Shown one piece after another: positions 1 through 11,639 of a stretch of DNA of 20,000 bases. The stretch is from NCBI GenBank assembly GCA_031835245.2, contig JAVKOQ020000082.1, positions 171,475 to 191,474 of the forward strand, written 5' to 3'. This DNA is from Balamuthia mandrillaris. Taxonomy: Eukaryota. The position numbers were made by a program, and so were the translations under genes. The notes beneath the pieces were generated by a model. That model was not told where the DNA came from. It searched no databases and saw nothing but the letters and a program-made list of their open reading frames with translations. Within the stretch, counting starts at the first letter, position 1; each line of letters starts with the position of its first letter.

Positions 1-10
1 CGGTCGGTAG

Positions 11-2884
11 CCCTGGTCCACGGCTGCTAAGCAGTATGGCATTTTAGTGGGAGAGGCAGAGGAGGAAGAAGTGGAAGCACTGGAATGGGATGAGTTCTTC
101 AGATCACGAGCAGAGGAAGGAACCTCCGGTACTGGCAAGTTCCGTTCGCTCATGAACTGGGAAGTAACACGGGTACGATACTCTTTACATGCCGTCGCTC
201 TTCTCCTCTCTCGCTTCATCTCTCTCTCCCCCTCCTCCTCTCTCTCTCTCTCTCTCTCTCGCTTTATCTCTTGCGCATATTCAGAAGAATGGCGAAGTCC
301 CATTTCTAAATCGCTACCTCTCAGAAACGATTAAGGTACTATTTACCTATTTTGAGCTGGCTGCCAAAGTATGATGTGAGGAACGATCTTGTATGGGATG
401 TGGGTGCTGGCCTTGCTATTACTGCCGTTATTATCCCTCACAGCATGGCCATGGCCATCCTTGCTGGTCTACCCCCTGTCTATGGACTCTATACGGTTTG
501 GGTAAGTTATGAGACCTTCGTTCTTGAGCGAAAAAAGATGGCTATGACTTACCTCGTTTGTGTTGAGCACAGATTTCAGCCTTAATATATGCGCTTCTTG
601 GCAACAGCCGCCAATTGTCCATTGGACCAGAAACTGTTACTAGTATATTGTTGGGTCTCACATGGACTAATCATAATGATCTCGAAGAAGAGGATTATCC
701 CGTGATTGCCCACACCATAGCATTCTTGGTAACTTTCCCCGATGCCACCATAAGGCACTCGACCTCATTGATAGGTGGGCCAATAGCTAATACTTCATCT
801 CAGGGAGGCTTCCTGCTTTTCTTCTTGGGTCTGTTTAGGTTTGGTTTCTTGGACAGCTTGCTCTCGCGGCCACTGCTCAGCGGATTTATCAACGCAATTG
901 CTGTCATTATCTTCATGGAGCAGTCAGACATTATATTGGGAGTAGGCAATCCAAAGGAACACGGTTGGCATAAGATATCCCATATTTATCATCACCTGGA
1001 GCACGTGCACTGGCAAACCTTTGTTATTGGTATATGCCTTCCTGCAATGTGTTGTTCATTTCTAACCGCCCCTCCATCTGTTATTTTTTTGTTCTTCTCT
1101 ATTTCCCTGTCTTTCTTCATGTCAGGGTTGTTTGGAATCCTGTACTTGTTGTCCATAAAGATTATGAACACAAAGATTAAGGCATCTCAAACTACGAATC
1201 GCTATCTCAAGGCTCTTCGATTTTTCCCAGTAAGTGCTTTAACAAATTTCAATGAGCTTTTATGTGTGTTCCAATAGTATACTCTCTCCTCTATAGGATA
1301 CGCTGGTGCTGGTAGGTACTGGCATTGTGGTCGCTTGGGCTTTTAACTGGGACGAAAAGGGTGTTACCATTTTGGGTACCATAAACAGTGGCTTCCCCCC
1401 ACCTACTTGGCCTTTGAAATCTATCGGCCTTATCCAGGATTACAGTCAATCCTCTGTCATTATAGCTGTGCTTGGCTTTATTGGTACATTCTTCTCCCAC
1501 CCTTTCATCTCATGTACTGCCTTCTCATAGACTTGTTTGTAATTGTGTTTTTGGCGTGTTGCAGAGAGCGTCATTACTGCCAAGTATTATGCAAACAAAA
1601 ATAAGTACTTTGTAAGTCCAAACAGAGAGCTGGTGGCGCTTGGAACAGCCAACATTATTGGTTCCTTTTTCCAAATTTTCCCTGCCTACGGTAGCTTGAT
1701 GAGGAGCGCTATTGTGGACATGGCTGGAGCCCGGACACAGGTAGGGTGCCCTTCCTTCTGCTTGCCTTTTTTTTTCATGTGATTGAAATCTCGTACTTGC
1801 AGCTCTACCAATTGATTGTAAGCGCACTGGTGCTGTTTACAGTGTTATTCCTGGGACCTTTGTTCTATTACTTGCCTAAAGTCATCCTTGCCTCCATCGT
1901 GCTAGTAGCAGCGCTGGGTCTTGTGGAGCTGGAGGATCTGATTTTCCTATGCCGCATCAAGGCATGGGGCGCCGTTGGCCTCCTACTCGGCACTTTCCTG
2001 GCCACTATCATCCTTGGTGTGGAATTGGGAATTGTGATTAGCTTGGGCATCTCTGTCTTGTACATAATCAAAAAAACGTCGCTGCCTAACATCGCCATCC
2101 TTGGCCGCATACCAGGCACCAACAAGTACAAAGACATTTCTGAATTTGACGATGCTAAACCCATTCCAGTATGTAATCCTCTTCTCCTTCGGTCCTTATT
2201 GCGTTTGTTAATATTTCTTTCCAGGGTGTGCTGATGGTTCGCATTGAAGAGTCCCTTTACTTTGCCAACATTGGCAAAATAACAGACATGTTTTCTCGAT
2301 TTGAACGCTTTGGTGATATGACTGCTTTGCCTGTTTCCAGCGAAAATGGCGAGGAAAGTAAACGCCCTCCATTGCAAGCCATTATCATTGATGCCAGGGA
2401 TGTGCACGAGATGGACGCAAGGTAATTTCTTGGAAATCGATGTATCTATCTCACTTGTGTTAATGTTTGTTGACTTTTTGTTTGATTTCCCTTTAAAAGT
2501 GCCCTTCAGGTGGTTGCCGAAATGGCACATGACTACCGAGAGAGATCAATTATTCTGTGCTTTGTGAAGCTGCGGAAGAAGTTACAAGAACTTTTCTTGC
2601 TGTCAGGCATTACAGACACACTCGGTGGCAAGGAAATGTTTTTCACCTCAACCCGAGCGGCGGTGGCTTGGCTACAGCGTCCTGTCAACAACACGACGGA
2701 ATCCGTCGTGGTGATGCCCAAAGAGAAAGATAGCCCCTTAGGGGTAGGAGACAGCAGCCCCGCGTCATCTTCTGATGTTATTGGCAGCAGTCTCTCCACA
2801 ACTGGAGGTTCAAATGGAAACCTGGTGGAGATATCACCAGCAGAGGGAGAGCACGTACTTGGCCCTTTTTCTGATGATATCTAA
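11..2884 (+). CDS. SulP/SLC26 anion (sulfate-type) transporter with C-terminal STAS domain; 5' end lies upstream of the window
   Basis: Exons join in frame at GT-AG sites: 11-172, 325-501, 573-728, 804-1029, 1126-1229, 1297-1483, 1565-1740, 1803-2168, 2225-2421, 2500-2884 (~711 aa). Family motifs: YLPILSWLPKY, LAGLPPVYGLY, LLGNSRQLSIGPE, NRELVALGTANIIGSFF, GSLMRS, STAS RIEESLYFAN and MDASAL. Confidence 0.93.
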
Positions 2885-2939
2885 GAATGTTGTTACCATC
2901 TCTCTATTTTCTTGAACAAACTCAAGGAAGCCAAACAAA

Positions 2940-3206
2940 ATGATTAGCTGCTTTGTGTCAGAGAACTCTTCGGCGTTTGCGACAGTGTTTTGGGTGGTAC
3001 CTGTCGGGCTGAGCTTAGCTGTTGGTCTCATTCTCTTCGTGGCGAGCGTGGTCCGCATCATTATGATCTCCACGAAGGCGCACCACCCCAAGAGCGCGGC
3101 TGGCACCCAGTGTAGGAGATGGAGAAGAGTGGAAGGCCGCAGGCTGCACCCGCTCTTCATTTGTCCCTGGAAGAAACCTTTGCGTGTGGTTCAGGATGTA
3201 GTGTGA
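2940..3206 (+). CDS. Possible 88-aa single-pass membrane microprotein (hypothetical)
   Basis: ATG in A-rich context (AAACAAAATG). One long hydrophobic stretch (FATVFWVVPVGLSLAVGLILFVASVV) followed by a basic tail. AATAAA at 3291-3296. No homology recognised. Confidence 0.3.
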   Translation: MISCFVSENSSAFATVFWVVPVGLSLAVGLILFVASVVRIIMISTKAHHPKSAAGTQCRRWRRVEGRRLHPLFICPWKKPLRVVQDVV

Positions 3207-3393
3207 AGACCCGAATAGAAACAACGAATTGGTCCCATTGATCGGCTTGATCATGGCACCGCGTTAGATAAAAAATATTAGTATTATTAGAATAAATATC
3301 AAGGGCAGAGGTCTCCTTTCTTCCTCGCGTTTGGTCCGATATCTCCTCATCAAGCCACCACTGCCTCAAACAAAAAATGGTGGAAGAGCCAAT

Positions 3394-4850
3394 CTAGAAC
3401 TTGAGCGTCTTAGGGGCCTCCCAGAGGAAGTCGGGGTCGTTGCGGCCAAAGTGTCCGTGGTAGGCGGTCTTCTGGTAGATGGGCCTCTTGAGCTTGAGGT
3501 CACGGGCAATCACGCCAGGCCTAAGGTCGAAGTTGTTATGGATGATCTCCAGAATCTTCTCATCGGTGAAACCGTTCTTGGCGGTACCATAGGTATCCAC
3601 AAAAACGGAGAGAGGGTGAGTCACACCAATGGCGTAAGAAATTTGGACGAGGGCGCGGTTGCAGAGACCGGCAGCAACCAAGGACTTGGCGATCCACCTA
3701 GCAGCATAAGCAGCAGACCTGTCTACCTTGCTGGGATCCTTACCAGAGAAAGCACCGCCACCGTGAGCTCCCCAACCACCATAAGTATCAATGATGATCT
3801 TGCGTCCAGTTAGACCGGCGTCTCCTTGGGGTCCTCCGATCACGAAACGGCCAGAGGGGTTCAAGTGATAGATAGTCTTTTCGTCGAGGTACTTCTCAGG
3901 AATGGAAGGCTTGATGACGTGTTCCATGAGCTGTTCCCTGATGTCTTCGTTGGAGATATCAGGGGAGTGCTGCACGCTGATAACAACGGTGTGAACTCTT
4001 TGAGGAACCATGGTGCCGTTCTCGTTGAGATACTCTACGGTCACTTGTGTCTTGGCGTCGGGACGCATCCAGGGGCACGTTCCGTCGTTGCGCACCACAG
4101 TCATGCGTTGGCACAAACGAGTGGCCAACACATGGGTCAAGGGCATCATCTCCTCGGTCTCATTGGTAGCATAGCCGAACATGTGGCCCTTTGGTTTAGT
4201 TCAGAGGCAATCGTTTAGGACAGATTTTAAACTTCAAAAGGCACAAATAATACCTGGTCACCAGCACCAATGTCTTCTGGGGCCTTACCAACGTGCACTC
4301 CGCCAGCAATGTCAGGGCTCTGCTGCTCAATAGCGACAAGAACATTGCACGTCTTGTGGTCAAAGCCTGCAACACCGCAAGTGATAAATAGCTTGTGTGC
4401 AGTGTTTACATCTTTTTCAGGTCTAAAATAAACCTACCAATTGCCGAGTCGGTGAAACCAATTCGCTTCACAGTGTCGCGAACAACCTTCTGGAAATCAA
4501 CCTGGGCAGTGGTGGTGATTTCTCCGAACACCAACACCATTCCAGTCTTGGAGGCGGTTTCTGCAGGGATGTCACGCACAGATTAGCCATGTTCCTATTT
4601 TAAGTTGTTTCAAAGATAGGAAAGAAACTACATACCGCATGCAACCTTGCTTTCAGGATCGACGGCAAGGCAAGCGTCCAAAACTGCATCGGAAACCTGA
4701 TCGCAGAGCTTGTCTGTTTCCCAAAGAAAAAACGGTAAGTTGCCGAAAACAAAAAAAAAATGAAAAAAAAGTTACGGAGCAAGAAAGTGCGGTACCAGGG
4801 TGTCCCTCAGACACACACTCGGAAGTGAACAGGAAAGTCTTGGCGGACAT
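3394..4850 (-). CDS. metK: S-adenosylmethionine synthetase (methionine adenosyltransferase)
   Basis: Exons 4850-4796, 4713-4636, 4560-4438, 4366-4254, 4188-3394 give 387 aa. Motifs [69 protein letters not shown]. Confidence 0.98.
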
Positions 4851-5865
4851 GATGTTGAAAGGTGGGTGTAGGCTGTCTGTGAAGGGCAGGGGGGATTGGT
4901 GGTGGTGTGAACGAAACGCGAGGAAACCAAAGAAAGAAAAACCAGACAAATTTGTTCTCCGGTGAGGGTGAGGCGCGTAAGGTGGGAAGAATTTTCTTTA
5001 TGGGGATTTTTTAAGGAGGGCTCCCCTGTGTTACTCGTTTCAGGTACCTTATGGTCTTCCTATTGGCTGTCGCTGACTCCTCATTACCTCTTTTTTCCCT
5101 TTTTCGGAGTTTCCCTCACCTCGAACCCTCGTTCGTGTTGTTCATCTTCGTCATCACCCCCCTTTCCCCCATCCTCTTTGTTTTTTTTTTTTTGGGCCAG
5201 TGGCAGACAAGAGCAAAGGCCTTGCTTTAAGAACACGCGCTCAGAGTTTCTTTAGTTGTTGGTGCGTTATCATTTTTTAGCGCTGTGTTTGTGTTGGCGG
5301 TTGCAAGTTGATGACTCCGGCATTTGTCTTAGTGTTTGTTTTTATGCAAACGTTGCCGACAAAAATCCGCTACCTTAAATTTATCACTGATTGTTCAAGA
5401 CGCCATTGTCTACTATTGTGCGAGTTTTCTTCGTTTGTTAGGACGATTGCTAATCATACTTTTTCGTTTGCATTACAGAGCGACGAAACATGTGTCCCCC
5501 AAAAAAAAAAAAACTGCCTATCTGTTTCATATTTATTTCGAATAAAGCAATGTTTACTAGCGAAGGACGTACATCAAAGGGTAGAGAGGGAATATGGCCT
5601 GTCCTGCCTCCTCCAGAGCACATTCTCTCATCCACCAAAGCACAAAACCAACCGAGAGAAAGAGTACTCCCCTGCAGCACCGCAAACAAAGAAATAATAA
5701 TAATAATACCCCAATTTAATTTTTTGCACACACAAGCAAAGAAAGTAAGGGCAGCTGCTGTGACCACAAAGAGGAAGAGGACACCACTATAGCTGGTTTG
5801 TGCCAATAAGTGGCAGCCGTAGTCCAAAGAACGAAGCAACTCACTTTGTTGGCGGTTGAGAGCTG

Positions 5866-7070
5866 ATGGAAAACAATGGGTTGAGCTCCGGCGGTTACGC
5901 CAGTTATGGTGTGGGTGGTAGCTACGGTGGCAGCAGCGGTTCGGTTCCTGTGGCTGCCGCTGCTGCTGGCAGCAGTGCTGCCACCAATGCTAAGAAGACT
6001 AAGAAGAAAAAGGCCGTACCCAACTCCAAGTCGTTGGCCTCTCGCGTTAAGAAGAAGGTCAACATCAAAAAGACTCAAGTGCTGCAAAAAATGGGAAAGG
6101 AAGCCACCGACTACCTCCCTGAGTTCAGGGCCGACAATGAGCATGCCAAAGAACTCGCTGACCTCTATGCTGACTTCACAAAACTTGCCTCCCATGCCGT
6201 CAAAGAAGCTCAAGGTACGTCCTGCCATTTCCTCTTTATGCAGTTCCTCAAGTAGCCTAAATAACACCCTCCAACTAACATCAACTCTGCCCCTGCTCCC
6301 TCTGCTAACAACAGCTTACAGTCAAACTGGCAGAAGTCTGGCGGAAGCTATTGCAGAGCTGGGTTCTGCCGACACGTCCGACGAATTTGGTAGGGTCTCT
6401 GTCTCTCTGTCTCTCTGTCTCTCTGTCTCTCTGTCTCTGTCTCTGTCTCTGTCTCTGTCTCTCTGTCTCTGTCTCTCTGTCTCTGTCTCTGTCTCTGTCT
6501 CTGTCTCTGTCTCTGTCTCTGTCTCTGTCTCTGTCTCTGTCTCTGTCTCTGTCTCTGTCTCTGTCTCTGTCTCTGTCTCTGTCTCTGTCTCTGTCTCTGT
6601 CTCTGTCTCGTTTGTTGTGGCGGACCAGTATAATTGACGTACTATCAACCGCCTTAGGTGTTCCGCTGCAGAGGTTTGCTCAGGTCATCAAGGGCATGCA
6701 AGACAACCGCGATAACTTTGTACGTTAACAATAATGTGTTGTCGTATGAGTCCCAGTCTAATGAGGTTGGTCGTGGTTTTCTGATACAGTTAAAAGCAAC
6801 CGAAGAATATTGTATTATGCCAATTGACCGTTTTAACCGAGAAGACATTGCCGAAGCAAGAGTCTGTTCTCTTTCTGATACAATCCTACTCCTTCGGCCC
6901 TCATCCCCTAACTCGTTGCTTCTCCTTCACACGATTGCAGAAAACCAAAGCCAGATTCCGGGAGGCGCGAATCCAGTTTGATGCTGCCAACAACCAGTTG
7001 ACGCCTCTTGTAGCCAAACTTGATAAACCCTTCGAGTTGTTTCTGGTACGTGTTTGTTACTCACCATCCT

Positions 7071-7105
<35 letters not shown>

Positions 7106-9014
7106 GTTTTTGGATGCCACTAAATTATATTTGGTACAGGCCTACACGCACTTTCACTATGCTCAACGGAAATACAATAAACGGTTATTGGAGGCATCGA
7201 ATAAACTATCAGATGTAGTAGAAAGCAAGGAGTTTATGGTATTAGAGTACTTGGTCTACATGATGCAAACACAATTGCAGGAATTCGCTGTTTCCTACAA
7301 CCAGCTATACGAGCTCGACAGCTATATTGCACAGCTTCGCGATAGTATCAGTAAGGTACAACCGTTTTGTCGATGCCTCTGTGCGCGTTGGTCATACAAT
7401 GCTTTATCAATATTAACACCTAGCTCAAACAAAGCAACGACAAGCTGCAGCAGTGCTGCGGAAACAACATGAAGAGACAAAGCTAGAAATGGCAATTAAG
7501 GCGGAAAAGTCCAAGTATCGGCCTCTAGTTGAGGTTTGTATTGTTGGTGATTCCATTCTGTGGACTGGAACACGCTAATTTGATCGCATATTCGCTGTTA
7601 TAGTTGCTGGCCGCCCCAGATTTGGCTGTTACGAATGCCATATGCATATCTGCTGGAAGTGAACAGGCTGCTACTTTGGACACACTGGTGCGGATTATGG
7701 ATGCTTACAAACTCACGCTACCTATCATTAAACTCAGCATTACCAAAGAAGTTGACCCCCCCCCCCCAATTTTAATGATGCATCAAATCCCTACTTTCGC
7801 CCTTGCTATCTGGCTAAACTAACAGTAGACCTCCCAAATTTGCAGCCTCTGCTTCTACTCTATTCAGAGGCAACACCACACCAACGAAGCTAATGTCCAC
7901 GTTCACGTTGCTTACGGGAATGCCTTACCTCCAAAACTGTCTTCGCCCTTTCATCGATGAGATTATGGCTGATTGTTCCGGGTATGAGGTATGTTCTTGC
8001 AACATTGACCCAAATGTTTGGTTAATTTGATATCTTGCTGTAGGTGAACCCTGCTAAAGCAGAACAAGAGGATGTTTCACAAAATATGCAAAAGTTGTTA
8101 AATATGTGTCAGCGCATAGTGGACAGAATCTTCGCCTCAACAGACGAGTGCCCCAGGTAACATGCCTTTGAGCCCGCCGTGTAACTAATTTCACACTGAT
8201 ACATTACTCTGCTCCCTTCCGCAATAGGCCTTTCCGAGTGATGGCAAATCATTTGCAAAAAGAGTGTGTAAAGAGGTTCGCGGATAGCAGACACAAATCC
8301 ATCGGCGGTTTTATCTTTCTGCGCTTCTTTTGTCCTGCCATTTTATCCCCTGACTCTAGAGGTCTAGTAGAACGTGCGTTATTTGTTTAGCAAGCAACCG
8401 TTATTACCAAACAGTGATACTAACTTAGCGTTGTTCTTGTCAAACCAAATGCTAGCGCCGATGGCACCGGAGGCACGCCGTCCTTTGATTTTGATCAGCA
8501 AGGCCATCCAGAATCTGGCCAATGAGGTACCGTTTGGAGCTAAGGAGGAGTACATGAGCCCTGTCAACGCTTTCATCGAGAGAAACCAAGAGAGATGCAG
8601 AAGCTTTTTTGATGAGATAGCGGTATGCCTTACTGCCTTCATTGCGTGCCAATGCTAACTATGGCAAGTATTGCTGTATGTACGAATGTAGACGGTCCCG
8701 GATGATGTCATGGACTACACGCCACTAGCCTCGATGGAACAGGTCAACTCCCACGAGATGCCCTCCATTCACCAATATGTTGTTAAGAATTTGGACAAGA
8801 TAGCTAAGACCCTCGCTCTTTACGAGAACGCCGACTCTATCCCGTTGCTGGCCCACATACTGGTATGTATGGATGTAAGGTTGAGGGTGTGGATGTATGG
8901 ATGTGAAGATGTGTAGATGTATGTGGAGGTGCCGTGGCCTAGCTAAGACACTGACCTGCGATACAGGCCCAACTCAGCGATCCAGAGGAACCACCTGTTG
9001 TTGTCAACAAGTGA
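5866..9014 (+). CDS. BAR-like helical domain + RasGAP domain protein (~640 aa)
   Basis: Exons 5866-6214, 6315-6389, 6658-6719, 6790-6861, 6941-7045, 7140-7355, 7435-7533, 7604-~7757, 7846-7988, 8044-8156, 8228-8373, 8456-8622, 8692-8862, 8967-9014. RasGAP motifs: arginine finger TLFRGN, GGFIFLRFFCPAILSP, KAIQNLAN, KEEYM. N-terminal half is BAR-like (VLQKMGK, PIDRFNREDIAEARKTKARFREARIQFDAA). One junction near 7757 lacks a phase-compatible donor. Confidence 0.88.
6395..6609. repeat. (GTCTCT)n microsatellite in an intron of the BAR-RasGAP gene
   Basis: About 215 bp of near-perfect hexamer repeat inside intron 6390-6657. Confidence 0.97.
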
Positions 9015-9157
9015 CAGTGCTACCTTGCAACCAGCACTACTGTGCTTTATCAAACTCGAACAGTCAGCTTGCTTTCTCTCTATGTACAACAATGCATTCA
9101 TTCAATTTGACATGGCAGTGGGACAGACACTGCTGTCATCACCAAGCTGCACCATAC

Positions 9158-10547
9158 TTATTCCCAAGCGTCCCACCCGTCGTTGATATCGCCACCCTCT
9201 GCTGTGGTCCTATCATCATCGGAGTTGTTTGTCCCCTGCTTGTCCTCCTCAATGATTTCCTGTCAGGCAAGTGAAAGATGGAAAAGGTTAGTAACAGGCA
9301 ACGGAATTATAAGCCAACAAGCAGAAGTAGCCATGCACCCAATCGTCCTCCGCTAACAGATGGTCTTCAGCATACCCTTGCCGAGGGACCTGGTGGTTTT
9401 CGGTTGTGGAGTGTTGGAGCCGATTTTGAGAAGAGGGGGAGAAGGCAAGATGTGCAGGTCTTGGCATTACCGCCTCCACCGCCGCATCATCGATGCAACG
9501 CTGTGTGGAGACAGCAAACTGCTGGCAGTCGTCCATTCTGCGAAAGGAAGCGGCCTCGCTCTGAGCAGCAAAGCCAGGACTGCAGGCTTTAATTACTAGG
9601 TTTCTCTTTGTTGCGGCCGGTTCTTTAATGTCCGAAGAGTGGCGCGTTCGAGAATGTTGAATGTGGTAGTAGTATCTCTGCCAAAATGCCGAATGCGAAA
9701 CCTTTCTTGGAACTAATTGATTGGCAAGGCAATGCCTTGTCATTCATTCTCTACCAAACAGAACATACTGATAAGACGATGAGCAAGAAACAAACCTGCT
9801 TCCTGGTACAGTTTCCGCAAGTCAGCTCTTGCCGAGAGGAGCAAGCGGACATCGACCGCCTTCTTCGACAAAGAAAATTGTTGGCCTGCAAGCGTGCATC
9901 GAGGAGGGGTTGATTGTTAGCTGGATGGGTTTTCTGTGGGGAGGTGGTACGTACACCATGCTTTGAACTCTTCCTTCTCCACAGGTTCTTCCAGAAAGGT
10001 GTGCGAGTTGGCCACCAGGCGATATCCCTCCTCCCCCTCCTCTTGAGTCTTATCTTGGTTTACCTCTGCTCCTCTTTCGCTCTCGCCTTCTTTGTCTTTG
10101 TCTTGGTCCTCCTCCTCCTCCTCCTCTTCAGAGAAGCTTAGAAAAGTAGAAAGGGTAGAAGAGAACTCCGAAAATTGCTGCGAGAGCTGAGAGCTTTCCA
10201 AAGGAAGTTGTCGTTTGACGAGGCCATGCGTGTCCTCTTTCAAGGTTTTTGTAAATTCTTGGAGGTCCTCTTTGCAAATAGTGAGTAGTGTCTCGGACTG
10301 GCAAAAAGTTGGTTTTGGAAAGGTTAGCAAGTGCAAGTGCACAGTTAAAACTAGAAAAGCGGCGGCGAGAACTGAACAAACGAACCTGCCTCATTACGTT
10401 TTCTAAAGTCTTATCAAGGAAGCCCCACCAGCCGCCACCAGCACCAGCCGCTGCTCCCTCACTGTGGGAGTCGAAGGGATAAGCACCCGAGGAGGGGGCA
10501 TTCATGGCTTCCTCCTGCGGGCAAGGTCCCTCGCCTGTGTGTTCCAT
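9158..10547 (-). CDS. BSD-domain protein (BSDC1/DOS2-like)
   Basis: Exons 10547-10386, 10297-9955, 9885-9796, 9712-9339, 9259-9158 give 356 aa. N-terminal GGWWGFL and KEDLQEF, BSD motif LRKLYQEAVPRKVSHSAFWQRYYY, acidic C-terminus ending GWDAWE. Confidence 0.88.
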
Positions 10548-10913
10548 GGCGCAGTCGCTTTAAGCGCGTGCAGTCACTGCGGAGGCGGCTGTTTCTGCCA
10601 TGAGGGGTACTCTCTTAAAGGTGGAACTACTTTGAATATTTTGATTGGAAGTAATGGGTTTTTCCAGCATGGGGGGTCACGGCATTTTTGGCCGCTAACT
10701 TGTTGGTTTTTTCATTTTTTTTTTTGTAAGGAAGAAATAGAAATACACACCTGAAGAGCAAAAGAACCATGCAGCAATACAGAACCAAGCTCCGCCATTT
10801 ATATGCACACATGTAGCATGCACAACAGAGGCTGGAGCACAGTTTGAAGGGAGAGATAGCAAGACACCATATGCACATGAAATAACAGCACAAGCACTTC
10901 AACTCCACCCACT

Positions 10914-10970
10914 GATGGCGATGGCGATGGCGATGGCGATGGTGATGGCGATGGCAATGGCAATGGCGAT
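10914..10970. repeat. (GATGGC)n microsatellite
   Basis: About 9-10 imperfect hexamer units in the divergent intergenic region. Confidence 0.9.
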
Positions 10971-11070
10971 GAGTCCTCCATCCTTTCTCATCTTTGATGC
11001 CATGTTCGTTTTAACAAATAAAGAAAAGTTAAAAAAGACATGAAAGAAATACAAAGAAACAAACAGGAAA

Positions 11071-11156
11071 GGAGAGGAGAGAGGAGAGAGGAGAGGAGAG
11101 GAGAGGAGAGGAGAGGAGAGGAGAGGAGAGGAGAGGAGAGGAGAGGAGAGGAGAGG
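11071..11156. repeat. (GAGAG)n pentamer polypurine microsatellite
   Basis: Direct reading of the sequence. Confidence 0.95.
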
Positions 11157-11639
11157 AACAAACCACTTTTGCAATGGTGTGGCCATTGCAACATGGAACG
11201 TAAGGAAAAATCCAAAGCATTAATTTCTAACTAAAAACCCACTTGTTTTGTTCATGTCGACATTAGATTTCTTTGTAGGCCGAAAAAGACAAAAGAAAAG
11301 ACAACGGAGCACAACAAAAAGTGTCGTTTGGGTTTTTCTTTGAGTTGGTGGTGGAGGTGGTGGGAACTGCCTACAGGACAACGATATCGTGGAAAATTCG
11401 TGTCGTCATGAGTGGAAACCAAAGGGAAACTACGCGGCTAGCCGCCACGCGACGACATGAAAAATCAGAACAATTTGCAAGCAAATTCGGCCCCTAAAAT
11501 TCCACCGCGCTGCTTGAGGGGAAACAAACAAGGCAACCTCGCTTGACAACTACGACCACCACTCCTCCTCCGGATCTTTTTCTCTCAGAGACCAACTCAA
11601 ACCAACCAACACACAGCTTCCCCCCCCCCAATTTTCCAC

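Noticed and set aside
2885..3393. MAT2A-type METTL16 hairpins (UACAGAGAA) in the SAM synthetase 3' UTR
   Set aside because: No such nonamer was found on the minus strand in this interval.
3331..4218. Plus-strand ORFs of 160 and 130 aa
   Set aside because: Antisense shadows of the SAM synthetase coding exon.
11..4850. Sulfur-metabolism gene cluster (sulfate transporter next to SAM synthetase)
   Set aside because: Only two convergent genes, transporter substrate is uncertain, and adjacency is unremarkable in a compact genome without synteny data.
5906..6728. ORFs with poly(SV), poly(ET) and poly(SL) tracts
   Set aside because: They are translations of the intronic (GTCTCT)n microsatellite.
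10799..11234. Short ORFs with PS, IA, LSSPL and GEERR repeats
   Set aside because: They arise from the (GATGGC)n and (GAGAG)n microsatellites and show no other coding evidence.
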